Positions 9,589 to 19,513 of a stretch of 64,000 bases of DNA are shown here, in pieces. The notes below the pieces were generated by a model. It was given only the letters and a program-made list of their open reading frames with translations. It was not told where the DNA came from and searched no databases. The translations under genes were made by a program, and so were the position numbers. Origin of the DNA: an uncultured Thermoplasmata archaeon (GTDB lineage Archaea; Thermoplasmatota; Thermoplasmata; Lutacidiplasmatales; UBA184); NCBI GenBank assembly GCA_963719635.1, contig CAVRCS010000001.1, positions 288,756-352,755 on the forward strand, written 5' to 3'. How positions within the stretch are numbered: the stretch's first letter is position 1; each line of letters begins with the position of its first letter.

Positions 9589-10059
9589 ATGACGAACCCG
9601 ACCGTCTCGCTGCGGACGACCTTGGGAGATGTGCGCCTGGAGATCTACCGGGACCGGGCCCCGCGTACGTCCGAGAGCTTCCTGACCCTCGCGCGCAAGC
9701 AGTTCTACGTCGGGCTGACGTTCCACCGGGTGATCCCGGGGTTCATGATCCAGACGGGATGCCCGAAGGGCGATGGGACGGGCGGGCCCGGCTTCACGAT
9801 CAAGGACGAGTTCGCCGCGGGCCTGCGGCACGACTCGCCGGGAGTCGTCTCGATGGCGAACGCCGGACCGGACACCGGCGGCAGCCAGTTCTTCATCACC
9901 CTCGCGGCAACCCCCTGGCTGGACGGCAAGCACGCGATCTTCGGGCACGTGCGCGGTGGCCAGGATGCCATCGAGAAGATCGCCGCAGTCCCCCGCGACA
10001 GCAACGACCGGCCCCGATCGCCGGTCCGTATCGTCGAGACGACCATCACCGGCATGTAA
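9589..10059 (+). CDS. Cyclophilin-type peptidyl-prolyl cis-trans isomerase
   Basis: ATG 9589. Cyclophilin signatures are FHRVIPGFMIQTGCP, GVVSMANAGPDTGGSQFFIT and LDGKHAIFGHV. Confidence 0.9.
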   Translation: MTNPTVSLRTTLGDVRLEIYRDRAPRTSESFLTLARKQFYVGLTFHRVIPGFMIQTGCPKGDGTGGPGFTIKDEFAAGLRHDSPGVVSMANAGPDTGGSQFFITLAATPWLDGKHAIFGHVRGGQDAIEKIAAVPRDSNDRPRSPVRIVETTITGM

Positions 10060-10268
10060 GGTCCCTCCGGCGCGCACGGGCTCCCCGGACCCACCGGTCG
10101 AGCGGATGGTCCCCGCGGACGGTGACGTCTTGCCGGCGAGAGCCCGGACACCGGGGGCGTCCTCACTGAACTCGTTCTCCAGCCACTCGCGGGCCGCCCC
10201 CGGCCTTCTCCCCAGGGTTCGGAGCCGACCGCCAGGCAGGCAACGCGGCCGCCCACGAACGGGCGACA

Positions 10269-10341
10269 AGCCACTGGAGGGACTTGAACCCTCGACCTGC
10301 TGATTACGAATCAGCTGCTCTGCCAACTGAGCTACAGTGGC
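10269..10341 (-). tRNA. tRNA-Thr (anticodon CGU)
   Basis: Hand-folded cloverleaf: acceptor GCCACTG/CAGTGGC, D stem GCTC/GAGC, anticodon stem GCTGA/TCAGC with loop TTCGTAA, T arm GAGGG-TTCAAGT-CCCTC, discriminator U. No encoded CCA. Confidence 0.9.
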
Positions 10342-10368
10342 GTCCGCTCGCCCGCACGGGGTCGGCGG

Positions 10369-10374
10369 TATAAT
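10369..10374 (-). promoter_or_regulatory. TATA box for tRNA-Thr
   Basis: ATTATA on the minus strand, centred about 30 nt upstream of the tRNA 5' end (10341). Confidence 0.5.
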
Positions 10375-10700
10375 GGTGCGCCGTGGACAATTCCGCAACC
10401 CGCGACGACCACCCGGACGTGTGCCGTCGTGGCCTCGCCGATGCTGGCGACGGGCTCCCCGGCCGGGCGGGGCCGCGCTCCGGTCGGGAGACGCGGTCGG
10501 TAGAGCAGGTGCCGTCTCCCGGGCGGATCGCTCGCCCCGCTGGGTAAGGAGATGCGCCTTCGCCGGATGTCCGCGGTGCCGGACGCGGTTACGGCCACGG
10601 CCCCGGTCAGCGCGCCGGCAGTGCGAACACTCTTGGGGCGTGGCGGGTAGATCGGTGCGGTGCCCCTACGCGGCTCCCCCGCCGTAAGCGCGACTCTTCC

Positions 10701-10719
10701 GGGCCGGGGCCGCCGGCCC
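10701..10719 (-). terminator. GC hairpin just downstream of the PLP-enzyme stop codon
   Basis: GGGCCGG-GGCCG-CCGGCCC, a perfect 7-bp stem 6 nt after the stop codon at 10725-10727. No oligo-U tract follows, so a terminator role is uncertain. Confidence 0.25.
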
Positions 10720-10724
10720 TCCCG

Positions 10725-11890
10725 TTAGGGCCTCTGGCCGGCGGCGCCCGACCCGCTCGCGGCAGCGAGCCCCGCACGCAGGTCGCGGACGAGGTCGTCA
10801 GGCTCCTCGATGCCCAGGGAGACCCGGACAAGGCCGTCGTCGATGCCGCGGGCCTGGCGCTCCGCCGCCGAGTAGCTCCGGTGCGACGTCTCGCTCGGGA
10901 CGCTCACCAGGCTCTCGACCCCTCCAAGGCTCGCGGCGATCTGGATGATCTGGAGCGCCTCGAGAAACCGTCGGACGGCCGGGGCGCCCCCCTTCAACGA
11001 GATCGCGATCACGCCGCCGCGGCCGGTCATCTGCGCCGCGGCGACGCGCTCGTCGCGCTCGCTGTGCCGCCCCGGATAGTGGAGGCGAACGACCGCGGCG
11101 TCCCCCTCGAGCGCGCGCAGCACGGCGGCGGCGTTGCGGTTGTGCTGGTCGACCCTCAGCTCGAGCGTCTTCAGGCTCCGCCGCAGAAGGTACGCCGCGA
11201 ACGGGTCCAGCGGTGCCCCGAGCAGATGATGGTGGTCGATGCGTCCCAGGGTCACCGCGCTCCCGACGACCGCCCCGGCAACCAGGTCCGAGTGGCCCCC
11301 GAGGTACTTCGTCGCGCTGTGGATGGAGAGGTCTGCGCCGTGGGCGAGCGGGCGCTGGTTGACCGGGCTCGCGAACGTGTTGTCGACGGCCAGCAGGCCG
11401 CCGGCACGGTGCACCGCCTCTGCCCAGGCCTGGATCTCGTGTACCCGGAGGACCGGATTCGTGGGGGTCTCCAGCAGCGCGAGACGGGTGCGGGGCGTCA
11501 TGCACCGGGACGGATCGGCGGACTCCTCGGCGTTCAGGAACCGGACGCTGACGCCGAAGCGCGGGAGCAGCTCGCGCAGCACCGTGTGCGTCCCGCCGTA
11601 GAGCACGTCCGGGGCGACCACCTCGTCGCCGGAGCGGACGAGCGAAAGGACCGTCGCCGAGATCGCCCCATGCCGGAGGCGAACAGTTCCGCTGCCTCGC
11701 CTCCCTCGAGGTCGCGGATCGTCTCTGCCGCGGCCTCGACGGTGGGGTTGCGCTCCCGGCTGTAGAGGTAGACATCCCCACGCCCGGAAGCCTCGGAGAA
11801 CTCTCCCGGGTACCGGAACGTCGAAGTGAGGTACAGCGGCGAGACGACGGCGCCCGCGTTCAGGTCGGGGAACTCGCCACCGTGGACCAT
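10725..11890 (-). CDS. Cys/Met-metabolism PLP enzyme (cystathionine gamma-synthase/lyase family; frame-shifted near 11667)
   Basis: The N-terminal SPLYLTSTF and YSRERNPTV lie in the ORF 11534..12526 frame. The core DNTFASP...SATKYLGGHSD (PLP-Lys) and the C-terminal SLGGVESL lie in ORF 10725..11621. The frames join (ASGMG-AISATVLSLVRSGDEVVAPD) if one base is restored in the C-run 11666-11669. Confidence 0.8.
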
Positions 11891-11979
11891 GCGGGTGGCC
11901 CGGCCGGCCCAGTCGGGCAGCGGCCGGAACCGCGAGCGTCGCCGGGTAGCGTCCGCGGCCGGCGAGGGGGGTCCGGAGG

Positions 11980-12526
11980 TCACCGGAGGCCTCCGCGGCC
12001 GCGGGAGTGCGACCGGGCCCGCGGCCGGAGGGCGGCGAGCCGCTCGGTCGCCTTCAGCTCCTCCAGGTACCGCGCGACGGCAGCAGGGACAAGCGCCCGC
12101 ACATCCTGCCCGCGTGCGATGCGCTCCCGGATCCGGGACCCTTCGAACCGGGAGCGCTGGAAGAACGCCGGACGGACCGTCCGGTAGCCGGCGCGCTCGA
12201 AGAGCAGCAGCGTGAGCGGGTTGTGCGAGTAGACGGTGTCGAACGGCGGCAGCAGCCCCTCGAGGTACCGCACCCAGAGGGCATGGCGGGAGATGTCGGC
12301 GACCGGCACGACCGCGACGGTGTTCCAGCCGGGCCTCTCGGACCGCCCGTTCGACCATCTCGAACCGCTCGCCGCCCGTAAACGGGTTCGTCCAGGTGTA
12401 CGACTGCTCGGCGCTCCCGATCGCGACCAGCAGCGGTGCCGCGTGCGGGCCGCGGACGACCCGGCGGATCAGTTCGAGGTGGCCGCGATGGAACGGCTGA
12501 AACCGTCCGACGAACAGTCCGCGCAC
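11980..12526 (-). CDS. nadM: Nicotinamide-nucleotide adenylyltransferase, archaeal type (frame-shifted near 12332)
   Basis: GTG 12526. The GRFQPFHRGHLELI (HxGH) motif is followed by a second half (VPVADISRHALWVRYLE...YSHNPLT) in the ORF 11980..12309 frame. The frames join across the G-run 12331-12333. Confidence 0.75.
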
Positions 12527-12539
12527 GGCGGCGGTGACA

Positions 12540-12779
12540 TCATTCCGGGCTCAAATCCTCCACGTCGTCCAGGAACTCGTCGATATGGGGGCAGCGCGCC
12601 GTCAGGTAGTGGCGGCAGTGCTCGCAGTAGCGGTCGTTCCACGACGGCTCGAGCTGCCGGTTGAACTCGTAGCATTCCCGGTCGTAGAACTTCGCCTCCT
12701 CCGGGTCGTCCGGAGGAGGGCGTGCCGGAGACCGGGGGCCGGCCGTTCCGTGGGCCGGGGGACGGAACGGTCCCTTCAC
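12540..12779 (-). CDS. Small Cys/His-rich protein of unknown function
   Basis: The 79-aa ORF has an ATG overlapping the Lon stop (ATGA). It carries C-x14-CxxC-x8-CxH spacing (CYEF...[14 protein letters not shown]) and an acidic C-terminus. Confidence 0.4.
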   Translation of the reverse strand: MKGPFRPPAHGTAGPRSPARPPPDDPEEAKFYDRECYEFNRQLEPSWNDRYCEHCRHYLTARCPHIDEFLDDVEDLSPE

Positions 12780-14866
12780 GATCCGGCCGGCCGTCCCGGC
12801 GCCGGCGGTGGGGTGCCGGCGGGGGTCTCCTCGCCCGAGCGGCTCGTCGCGTGGACCATCGCCGCCAGACGGCCGAGGAGCGTCTCCTTCTGGGCTCCCT
12901 GGCCGACCAAGGCATACTTGAGCACGTCCCGGAGCGTGCGGACCGGGATCACCTCGACTTGGTCGCGGTAGCGGACCTCGAGGACCAGGTCCTCCACATT
13001 GTCGGCGGGGATCAGCACGCGTCGGATCCCCGAGTCCGCGGCGGCCTCGACCTTCGCGGTGACGCCGCCGACGGGGAGCACCTGGCCGCGGACGGAGAGC
13101 GAACCGGTCATCGCGACCCCCTGGTCGACGGGCATCCCTTCGAGGGCGCTGATCACCGCGGTGGCGATCGAGACCGACGCGCTGTCGCCCTCCACCCCGT
13201 CCGAGGTGCCGACGAACTGGATGTGGATGTCGTAGCGGGAGATATCCTCCCCCGTGTACTTCTTGATGAGCGCGCTGACGTTCTGGACCGCCTCGCGGGC
13301 GATCTCCCCGAGCTTGCCGGTCGCGACGACGACGCCGCCGTCCCGGGTCTGGGCCGGCGTCACCTCGGCGACGATCGGGAGGACAATCCCCGAGAACTCG
13401 CTCATCCCGGTCTGGGCGTTGATCGCCGCGAGGCCGTTGACGACCCCCACGGCGGCCCCCTCCGTGGCGAACATCCGGTACTCCTTGCGGCGCTCGATGT
13501 ACCGGTCCGCGATCTGCTGCTCGAGCGAGCGGCTTGCCCGCTTCGCCTTGACGACGTGCTCCGCGCGGACGATCGGCGCGCTCTCGGAGAGCGCGATGTC
13601 GCCGGCGACGCGCACCAGCCCGCCGAGCTCGCGCAGCCTCAGCGTCAGCTGGCCGGAGCGGCCGGAGCGCCGCTGGGCCTCGCGGATCACCTCGATGATC
13701 GCGGCACGCTCGAACTGGGGGATCTTCTTGTCCTTCAGGACCTCCTGGGCGATGAACCGGACGATCTTGAGCCGGTTCTCGGGCGTGTCCGGCATCGTCG
13801 ACTTGACGTACAGCTCGTAGCCGTAGCCCCGGATCCGCGAGCGGAGCGCGGGGTGCATCGTCTGGACGCTGTTGACGTTGCCCGCGGCGACGAGGACGAA
13901 GTCGGCCGGGACCGGCTCGGTCTTCACCATCGCGCCGGCGGAGCGTTCGGACTGGCCGACGATGGGGAACTTGCGCTCCTGCAGCGCGGTGAGCAGCGAG
14001 TGCTGGCTCTCGATCTTCAGCAGGTTGATCTCGTCGACGAACAGGACGCCCCCGTTCGCCTTGTGGATCGCACCGACCTCCACCCGCTCGTGGGGCGGCG
14101 TCTCGAGCCCACCCGACTGGAACGGGTCGTGCTTGACGTCCCCGAGGAGCGCCCCCGCGTGCGCGCCGGTGGCGTCGATGAAGGGGGGCTTATCGTCGGT
14201 CGTATGGCCGACGAGCAGCTTGGCGACCCCGCTGGCGGAGTCGGGTCGCCCTCCGGAGAACCGCATCAGCGCCCAGATGAACACGATGATCAGGATCCCG
14301 AGCAGCAGGGCGGTGAGGTCCTGGCCCTTCGAACTGATGACGATGTACAGGACCACGGCGACGATCGCGAGCGAGATGGCGATGAAGATGAACGTCCGCG
14401 ACTCCTTCTTCTGGGCGGCCTCCACCTTCTGGGCCGCGACGATCTCCTTCCCCTTCCCTGCCGGGACGACCCGGATCTTCGGCTCGTTCGGGTCCTCCAC
14501 GTTGGGGTAGGCGAGGATATCCTGGAGCGGCTCGCGGGGGAGGAAGTCGACCATCGCCCGGGCGAGCATGCTCTTGCCGGTCCCGGGTTCCCCGATGAGG
14601 ACCATGTGCCGCTTCTGGGTCGCCGCCTTGCGGGCGACCTCCACGGCGTCGTCCTGCCCAATCACCTGGTCGAGGAGGCGGGACGGGACTTCGAGGTCGG
14701 CGGTCGATTGGTAGGGTAGACTGGACCCCCACGAGTCCAACTCGCTCGGAGCGAGTGCGTCGGGGGTCGACGGGGTCGTGGGGGGGCTCGTGGGCGTCGC
14801 CGGCACGTCGGCGGCCGGCGGGACTTCGCCCGACGCCTCGGATGGATTTGCTGAGCCTTCTACCAT
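12776..14866 (-). CDS. lon: Archaeal membrane-bound Lon protease (LonB)
   Basis: Walker [10 protein letters not shown], an inserted hydrophobic pair ([18 protein letters not shown]...[15 protein letters not shown]) and the C-terminal protease domain with [16 protein letters not shown] (Ser). The preferred start is ATG 14866. The ORF begins at TTG 14911, which lies too close to the TATA box. Confidence 0.9.
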   Translation of the reverse strand: MVEGSANPSEASGEVPPAADVPATPTSPPTTPSTPDALAPSELDSWGSSLPYQSTADLEVPSRLLDQVIGQDDAVEVARKAATQKRHMVLIGEPGTGKSMLARAMVDFLPREPLQDILAYPNVEDPNEPKIRVVPAGKGKEIVAAQKVEAAQKKESRTFIFIAISLAIVAVVLYIVISSKGQDLTALLLGILIIVFIWALMRFSGGRPDSASGVAKLLVGHTTDDKPPFIDATGAHAGALLGDVKHDPFQSGGLETPPHERVEVGAIHKANGGVLFVDEINLLKIESQHSLLTALQERKFPIVGQSERSAGAMVKTEPVPADFVLVAAGNVNSVQTMHPALRSRIRGYGYELYVKSTMPDTPENRLKIVRFIAQEVLKDKKIPQFERAAIIEVIREAQRRSGRSGQLTLRLRELGGLVRVAGDIALSESAPIVRAEHVVKAKRASRSLEQQIADRYIERRKEYRMFATEGAAVGVVNGLAAINAQTGMSEFSGIVLPIVAEVTPAQTRDGGVVVATGKLGEIAREAVQNVSALIKKYTGEDISRYDIHIQFVGTSDGVEGDSASVSIATAVISALEGMPVDQGVAMTGSLSVRGQVLPVGGVTAKVEAAADSGIRRVLIPADNVEDLVLEVRYRDQVEVIPVRTLRDVLKYALVGQGAQKETLLGRLAAMVHATSRSGEETPAGTPPPAPGRPAGS

Positions 14867-14927
14867 GGTGGCGACCCGAACCTTCCCCCGGGGGTCCGCT
14901 CCGCCGGCCAATCAGAGCGGCGGTCTG

Positions 14928-14933
14928 TATAAA
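14928..14933 (-). promoter_or_regulatory. Strong TATA element in the lon/folD divergent region
   Basis: TGTATAAATC on the plus strand (TTTATA on the minus strand). It is about 64 nt from lon ATG 14866, so its orientation and target are uncertain. Confidence 0.35.
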
Positions 14934-15073
14934 TCCTCGCGGCACCGAGGGTGCGTAGCTGGCTCCGGCGTTCGCCGTCCCACCTGCCCTGCGCGGGGCC
15001 CGGGGGCCCTCGGGACGTGCGGGGGCCGCCCGCTCGTTATCTACGGCCCGCGGCTCGTCACGCGGGGGTCGTC

Positions 15074-15967
15074 GTGACCACGCGCCTGGAGGGGCGGCCG
15101 GTCGCCGACGCGATCGACAAGACGAGCCGGGCGAGCGTCGCCGCGGTCGGCGGCGGAACGTCTGCCCCCTCCCTCGTGAGCGTCCACCGCGGGGCGGACA
15201 CCCCGTTCCGGTTCTACCTCCGTCGGCAGGCCAAGGCCGCTAGCGCGCTCGGGATCTCGTTCCGGGACGTGAGCCTGGACCCAGGGGACGGCGCCGACGA
15301 GCTCGTCAGCACGCTCCGCGGGCTCGACCGCGACCCTGCCGTCCACGGGGTCCTGGTCGAACACCCGCTCCCAGCCCCGTTCGACTTCTTCCGGGCGCTG
15401 GACGAGCTCCGCCCCGAGAAGGACATCGACGGCGTCGGGGCCCGGAACCTCGGGCGCCTGCTGGAGCACCGTCCGGTCCACGTTCCCGCGGTCGCCCGGG
15501 CGGCCCTCGCGATCGCCCGGCACTACCGGCTGCCGTTGGAGGGGGAGCCGACCGTGGTGCTGGGCCGCTCGACCACCGTCGGCCTGCCGCTCGCCCTCCT
15601 CCTCGCGCTGCCAGGCCCGGGCGCGAACGCGGCGGTGACGGTCCTCCACTCCAAGAGCGGCGACCTCGCGGCGCGGCTCGCCGGAGCCCGCACCATCTTC
15701 TCGTGTGTCGGCCAGCCGGGGTTGCTGCACCGCGGGAACGTTCCCGAGGGCGCGCACATCGTCGACGTGGGGCTGTCGACCGCCCCGGACCCGCAACGAC
15801 CCGGGTCGTCCGTCGCGGTCGGGGACGCCGACGCCCGTTCGCTGGACGGATGGGCGGGCGCCCTCACTCCCGTCCCAGGAGGCGTCGGACCGGTGACGGT
15901 CGCCGAACTGATGGCCTCGACCGTCCGTGCCTGGCAGATGCTCGTGCGGGGGGAGGGGCCGGCGTGA
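15074..15967 (+). CDS. folD: Bifunctional methylenetetrahydrofolate dehydrogenase/cyclohydrolase FolD
   Basis: Motifs are HGVLVEHPLP, DIDGVG, VVLGRSTTVGLPLALLL and TPVPGGVGPVTVAELM. GTG 15074 is preceded by GTTATCTA (15036-15043). The N-terminal 41 codons of the ORF look like shadow sequence. Confidence 0.85.
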   Translation: MTTRLEGRPVADAIDKTSRASVAAVGGGTSAPSLVSVHRGADTPFRFYLRRQAKAASALGISFRDVSLDPGDGADELVSTLRGLDRDPAVHGVLVEHPLPAPFDFFRALDELRPEKDIDGVGARNLGRLLEHRPVHVPAVARAALAIARHYRLPLEGEPTVVLGRSTTVGLPLALLLALPGPGANAAVTVLHSKSGDLAARLAGARTIFSCVGQPGLLHRGNVPEGAHIVDVGLSTAPDPQRPGSSVAVGDADARSLDGWAGALTPVPGGVGPVTVAELMASTVRAWQMLVRGEGPA

Positions 15968-16332
15968 CCGAGCCGCTCGGCTCCCCGACCTCCCCACGCC
16001 CCGGCGGGGCGTCCCCGCTGCACTGTCGGGACTGCCCGATGTGGTACGGAGCCGAGGACGGCGGCTGGGGTCCGTGCTCGATCAAGAACCGTCGGGGAGA
16101 GCGCCGGTACCTGACGTGGGGGGGCCACGCCTGCGACGAAGGCTACGTGCCGCCCGCGCCGACGCCCAGCGTCGACCTCGCCGCCGCGTTGAGGGGCGAC
16201 CGTTCGACCTCGAGCTCGTCGGCCGTCGGGTACCGCTCGACCTCGAAGGCGGCCGAACGGAGCCGACCGGCGAAGCGGCGAAGGCGCGCGGCATCGAGCT
16301 CCACCCGCCGTCGACGGCGGTCGAGCCGGTAG
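15964..16332 (+). CDS. Small Cys-rich protein, 3' end uncertain
   Basis: GTG 15964 overlaps the folD stop (GTGA). The core is HCRDCPMWYGAEDGGWGPCSIKNRRGERRYLTWGGHACDEGY. The ORF then runs 190 nt antisense into the radical-SAM gene as Ser/Arg-rich sequence before the first stop. Confidence 0.35.
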   Translation: MTEPLGSPTSPRPGGASPLHCRDCPMWYGAEDGGWGPCSIKNRRGERRYLTWGGHACDEGYVPPAPTPSVDLAAALRGDRSTSSSSAVGYRSTSKAAERSRPAKRRRRAASSSTRRRRRSSR

Positions 16333-17279
16333 GCCCCGCGCGGCACTCCCAGCTGGTTCGCCACGCGGGACGCCCAGCGACCGAGGTCGGCCTGCGCGGC
16401 CGCCTCCACGATCCCGAGCACGATCGTGCCGTCGTCGGTGGTCTGGGCGAACGGCGGGGCGGTCCGCTCCGCCCGTCGGAGCAGTCTCTGGCGCAGTTGG
16501 ACCCCGTCCTTGAACCGGGACGAGCAGTAGTGCAGCGGGACCTTCAACCGGAGCTGCCGGACCATCCGTTCGGCGACCGCACGGCTCCCCTGGACCCCCC
16601 AGCCGTTCGCCGGGTCGGTCCGGTACCCCCGCTCCAGGAGGTTCGCCTCGTTCGTCTCGGAGAACTCCAGCTCGTTCAGGTTGACGAAGTCGACGCCGAT
16701 CTCCTCGAGCGTGAGCAGGAGGCGTCGTAGCTCGGCTTCCTTCTCCGGGAGCACCGGGATCTCGACGCCGCGTCGGATCCCCCACGACGGGGCCTGCTCG
16801 AGCACGCGGCGGTACGCCCCGCCACCGGAGGTCAGCGAGCCCCACAGGTAGTGCGGAATGTGCAACCGGAACTCATCCAAGCCGGCACGGGCGAGCCGCT
16901 CGAGCTTCTCGGGGTTCGGCTCGTGCGTGTAGAGATGGATGTTGTGCGAGGCCCCGAACGTCGCCTTCAACAGCCGGACGTACCCCTCGACCCGGTCGAT
17001 CGCGCCCAGCGGGTCCCCTCCCGTGATCCCGGTCCCGCCGGCCCCGATCGCCCGAGCCTCTTCCAGCACGTCGTCGTCGCACAGGACGCGGCGTTCGTTC
17101 GCGTAGGTGACGTCCAGCTGGTTGCGGTTCGGGGAGACCGGACAGTAGAAGCAGCGGAACCGGCACAGGCCGGTGACGAAGAGGACCATCTTGCGGCCCT
17201 CGGCGCACTGGCTGCACGCCGGGGAGAGCTCGCCGCGGTAGCTGGACGCCATCGGCAGCTGAACGAGCGGGGCGATCAT
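16143..17279 (-). CDS. Radical SAM protein (PFL-activase-related, function unknown)
   Basis: ORF 16143..17756 trimmed to ATG 17279. Motifs are GLCRFRCFYCPV (CX3CX2C) and GITGGDPL. The N-terminal ORF extension overlaps psmA on the other strand. Confidence 0.75.
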   Translation of the reverse strand: MIAPLVQLPMASSYRGELSPACSQCAEGRKMVLFVTGLCRFRCFYCPVSPNRNQLDVTYANERRVLCDDDVLEEARAIGAGGTGITGGDPLGAIDRVEGYVRLLKATFGASHNIHLYTHEPNPEKLERLARAGLDEFRLHIPHYLWGSLTSGGGAYRRVLEQAPSWGIRRGVEIPVLPEKEAELRRLLLTLEEIGVDFVNLNELEFSETNEANLLERGYRTDPANGWGVQGSRAVAERMVRQLRLKVPLHYCSSRFKDGVQLRQRLLRRAERTAPPFAQTTDDGTIVLGIVEAAAQADLGRWASRVANQLGVPRGAYRLDRRRRRVELDAARLRRFAGRLRSAAFEVERYPTADELEVERSPLNAAARSTLGVGAGGT

Positions 17280-17442
17280 CGGAGGTTTCCCCTCTCCGCC
17301 GCCCGGCCAGAAAGCCTTTCCGACGAGCCCCCGGCGCCTCCTTGCGGTAGAGCCACGCCACCAGGTGGGTGCCAGGGGACCCCGAGGCTTAGGTTCAAAT
17401 CCCTCACCCGGCTCGGCGCGCCGTTCGGAGGCAGACAATCCC

Positions 17443-18201
17443 ATGGAGATGCAACCGGGGCAGATGGCGTACGACCGGGCGAGCACCGTCTTCTCGCCGG
17501 ACGGCCGGCTCTTCCAGGTCGAGTACGCCCTCCAGGCGATCCAGATGGGCGGCACCGCGGTCGCGGTGACGTACGACAACGGGATCGTCTTCGTCGCGTA
17601 CCGAAACCTCCCGGTCAGCTCGCTCGCCGAGGCCGGCTCGATCGAGAAGAGCTTCGCTCTCGACACCGGGCTCGGCTGCGTGACCGCGGGGCTGATCGCG
17701 GACTCGAGGGTCCTGGTCGAGTTCCTGCGCGTGGAGGCGCAGCGGCACCGGCTCACCTACGGCGAGGCGGTCCCGTACACTCTGCTGGGCCACTCGCTCG
17801 GCACGCTGCTCCAGCAGTACACCCAGTTCGGCGGCACGCGGCCGTTCGCGGTCTCGCTGCTCCTGGGCGGCTTCCAGGGACGCACCCCGGGGCTGCTCGA
17901 GCTCGACCCGAGCGGAGCGACGATCGGCTGGAGGGCGTACGCCATCGGCCGCAACCGTCGCGCCGTCGCCGACTACCTTGAAGAGAAGCTCCCCGACCGT
18001 GCGAACGAGGAGGCGGCGTTCAAGCTCGCCGTCGGCGGGGTCGCAGAAGGCTCGCCGACGCCGTTCCAGCCCGAGGCGCTCGACGTCGCGATCCTGGAGC
18101 CGGAGACTGAATTGCGGCGGCTCACGACGCCCGAGATCGCGCGCCGGGTCCAGGGGATGCCGTTCATCGGCAACCCCGAGCGGAAGAACTCCAGCCGCTA
18201 G
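17443..18201 (+). CDS. psmA: Proteasome subunit alpha
   Basis: ATG 17443. YDRASTVFSPDGRLFQVEYA is the alpha-subunit N-terminal signature. Confidence 0.9.
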   Translation: MEMQPGQMAYDRASTVFSPDGRLFQVEYALQAIQMGGTAVAVTYDNGIVFVAYRNLPVSSLAEAGSIEKSFALDTGLGCVTAGLIADSRVLVEFLRVEAQRHRLTYGEAVPYTLLGHSLGTLLQQYTQFGGTRPFAVSLLLGGFQGRTPGLLELDPSGATIGWRAYAIGRNRRAVADYLEEKLPDRANEEAAFKLAVGGVAEGSPTPFQPEALDVAILEPETELRRLTTPEIARRVQGMPFIGNPERKNSSR

Positions 18202-19480
18202 GCCGCCGGACCCGCGCCGGGGCCGGGAGGGCCGGCCTCCGCCCCGTAGGCGGCGGCCCACAACTGGCGCATCACCACCAGGCCGGCGACCGTGACCACG
18301 AAGATCATCCCGCCGGCGAGGAGATAGACGTCTCGGATCGACGTCGCCGTCGCCCACGGTCCGGCCCGAACGCGCCCAGCGGCCCCGACGCCATGATGAT
18401 CGCCCCCGCGGCAGCGCCGACCCGACCGAGCAGGCGGACCGGGACCCGGGCCTGGAAGAGCGAGGAGAGCGGGATGTTGATCACGCTCAGGAGGACCCCG
18501 AGCCCGACGGAAACGGCGACCGCAAGCGGGATCGCCCGGGCGAGCCCGAGCACGGCGATGCCGGGTCCGAGCACGCATCCGCCGACGAGGACGTACCGGC
18601 AGGCCGTCCGTCGGGTGTCGGTCCGCCCGATCAGCACGGCCCCGACCAGGCCCCCCGCGGCGATCGCCGCCACGAGGAAGCCGTAGCCGGCGACGTCCGC
18701 CCCGAGGACGAGCCCCGCATACGGCGCGAAGAGGGCGAACACCACGTTCCGGAAGAAGTTCACGACGACTCCGAGGACCAGCACCTCCACGAGCGCCCGT
18801 TCGCGGCGGAGGAACCGCAGGCCTTCGAGCAGCTCCGCCGCGAACCCCTCCACCGCCCCGGCGGCCTTGGGCACCGAGGCTTTGCTGCCGATCCCTGCGA
18901 CGATCAGCGCGGCCGCGAAGAACGTGATCGCGTCGTACTCGATCGGCACCGCCGGCCCGACGAGCGCGACGACGAGCCCGCCGAGGGAGAAGCCGAGGAT
19001 CTGGTTGAACGTCGAGGAGAACGTCGCCAGCGCGTTCGCCGGCGCCAGGTCGGCGGCGGCGACGAGCTGGGGGACGAGGGCGTTGGACGCGATCCGGACG
19101 AGCGAGCCGCCGGCGCCGAGCGCCAGCACGAGGGCGAGGAGGAGCGGGAGGGCCGCCGCGTGCGTGAGGACGAGGGTGGAAAGCGTCGCTACGAGGACGC
19201 CCTCGACGACGTTCGTGACGACGAGCGTGCGCCGGCGATCCCAACGGTCGATGTAGACGCCCAGGAACGGACCGAGGACGACCCCGGGGACGATCGTCGC
19301 CGCGTAGACGAGCGCGACGGCGATGATCGAGCCGGTCGCTTCGAGGACCAGCCAGAGCAGGGCGACCGCGAAGACGAAGTCACCGGATTGGGAGACGAGC
19401 TGCGAGAGCCACAGCAGGAAGAACGGGCGGTGCCGCAGAATGCGCCGGTAGCTCGGTCCCGTGCTCGTGTCGGCCGACAT
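18198..19480 (-). CDS. MFS transporter (frame-shifted near 18366)
   Basis: 12-TM-like profile. The last helices (GPWATATSIRDVYLLAGGMIFVVTVAGLVVM) are in the ORF 18198..19244 frame and join across the C-run 18365-18367. Confidence 0.75.
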
Positions 19481-19513
19481 CGACGGCGTTCTCGCCCGAG
19501 GCGCCGCGGACCT

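Noticed and set aside
10696-10722. The minus strand reads GGCCCGGAAG, reminiscent of the SRP RNA helix-8 GGAA tetraloop region (CAGGCCCGGAAGGGAGCA).
   Set aside because: The match stops after GGAAG (GAGUCGCG follows instead of GGAGCA). The stem around the loop does not pair properly. The segment is better explained as the GC hairpin directly after the PLP-enzyme stop codon.
10269-10724. An integrated element at tRNA-Thr (and similarly at tRNA-Phe, 27587-27768).
   Set aside because: There is no integrase or recombinase, no direct repeat of the tRNA 3' end that I could see nearby, and the flanking genes are ordinary housekeeping genes with native-looking composition.
14867-14911. TTG 14911 as the Lon start (the longest ORF).
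   Set aside because: It lies only about 20 nt from the TATA element, upstream of the expected transcription start. ATG 14866 is the first start compatible with that promoter.
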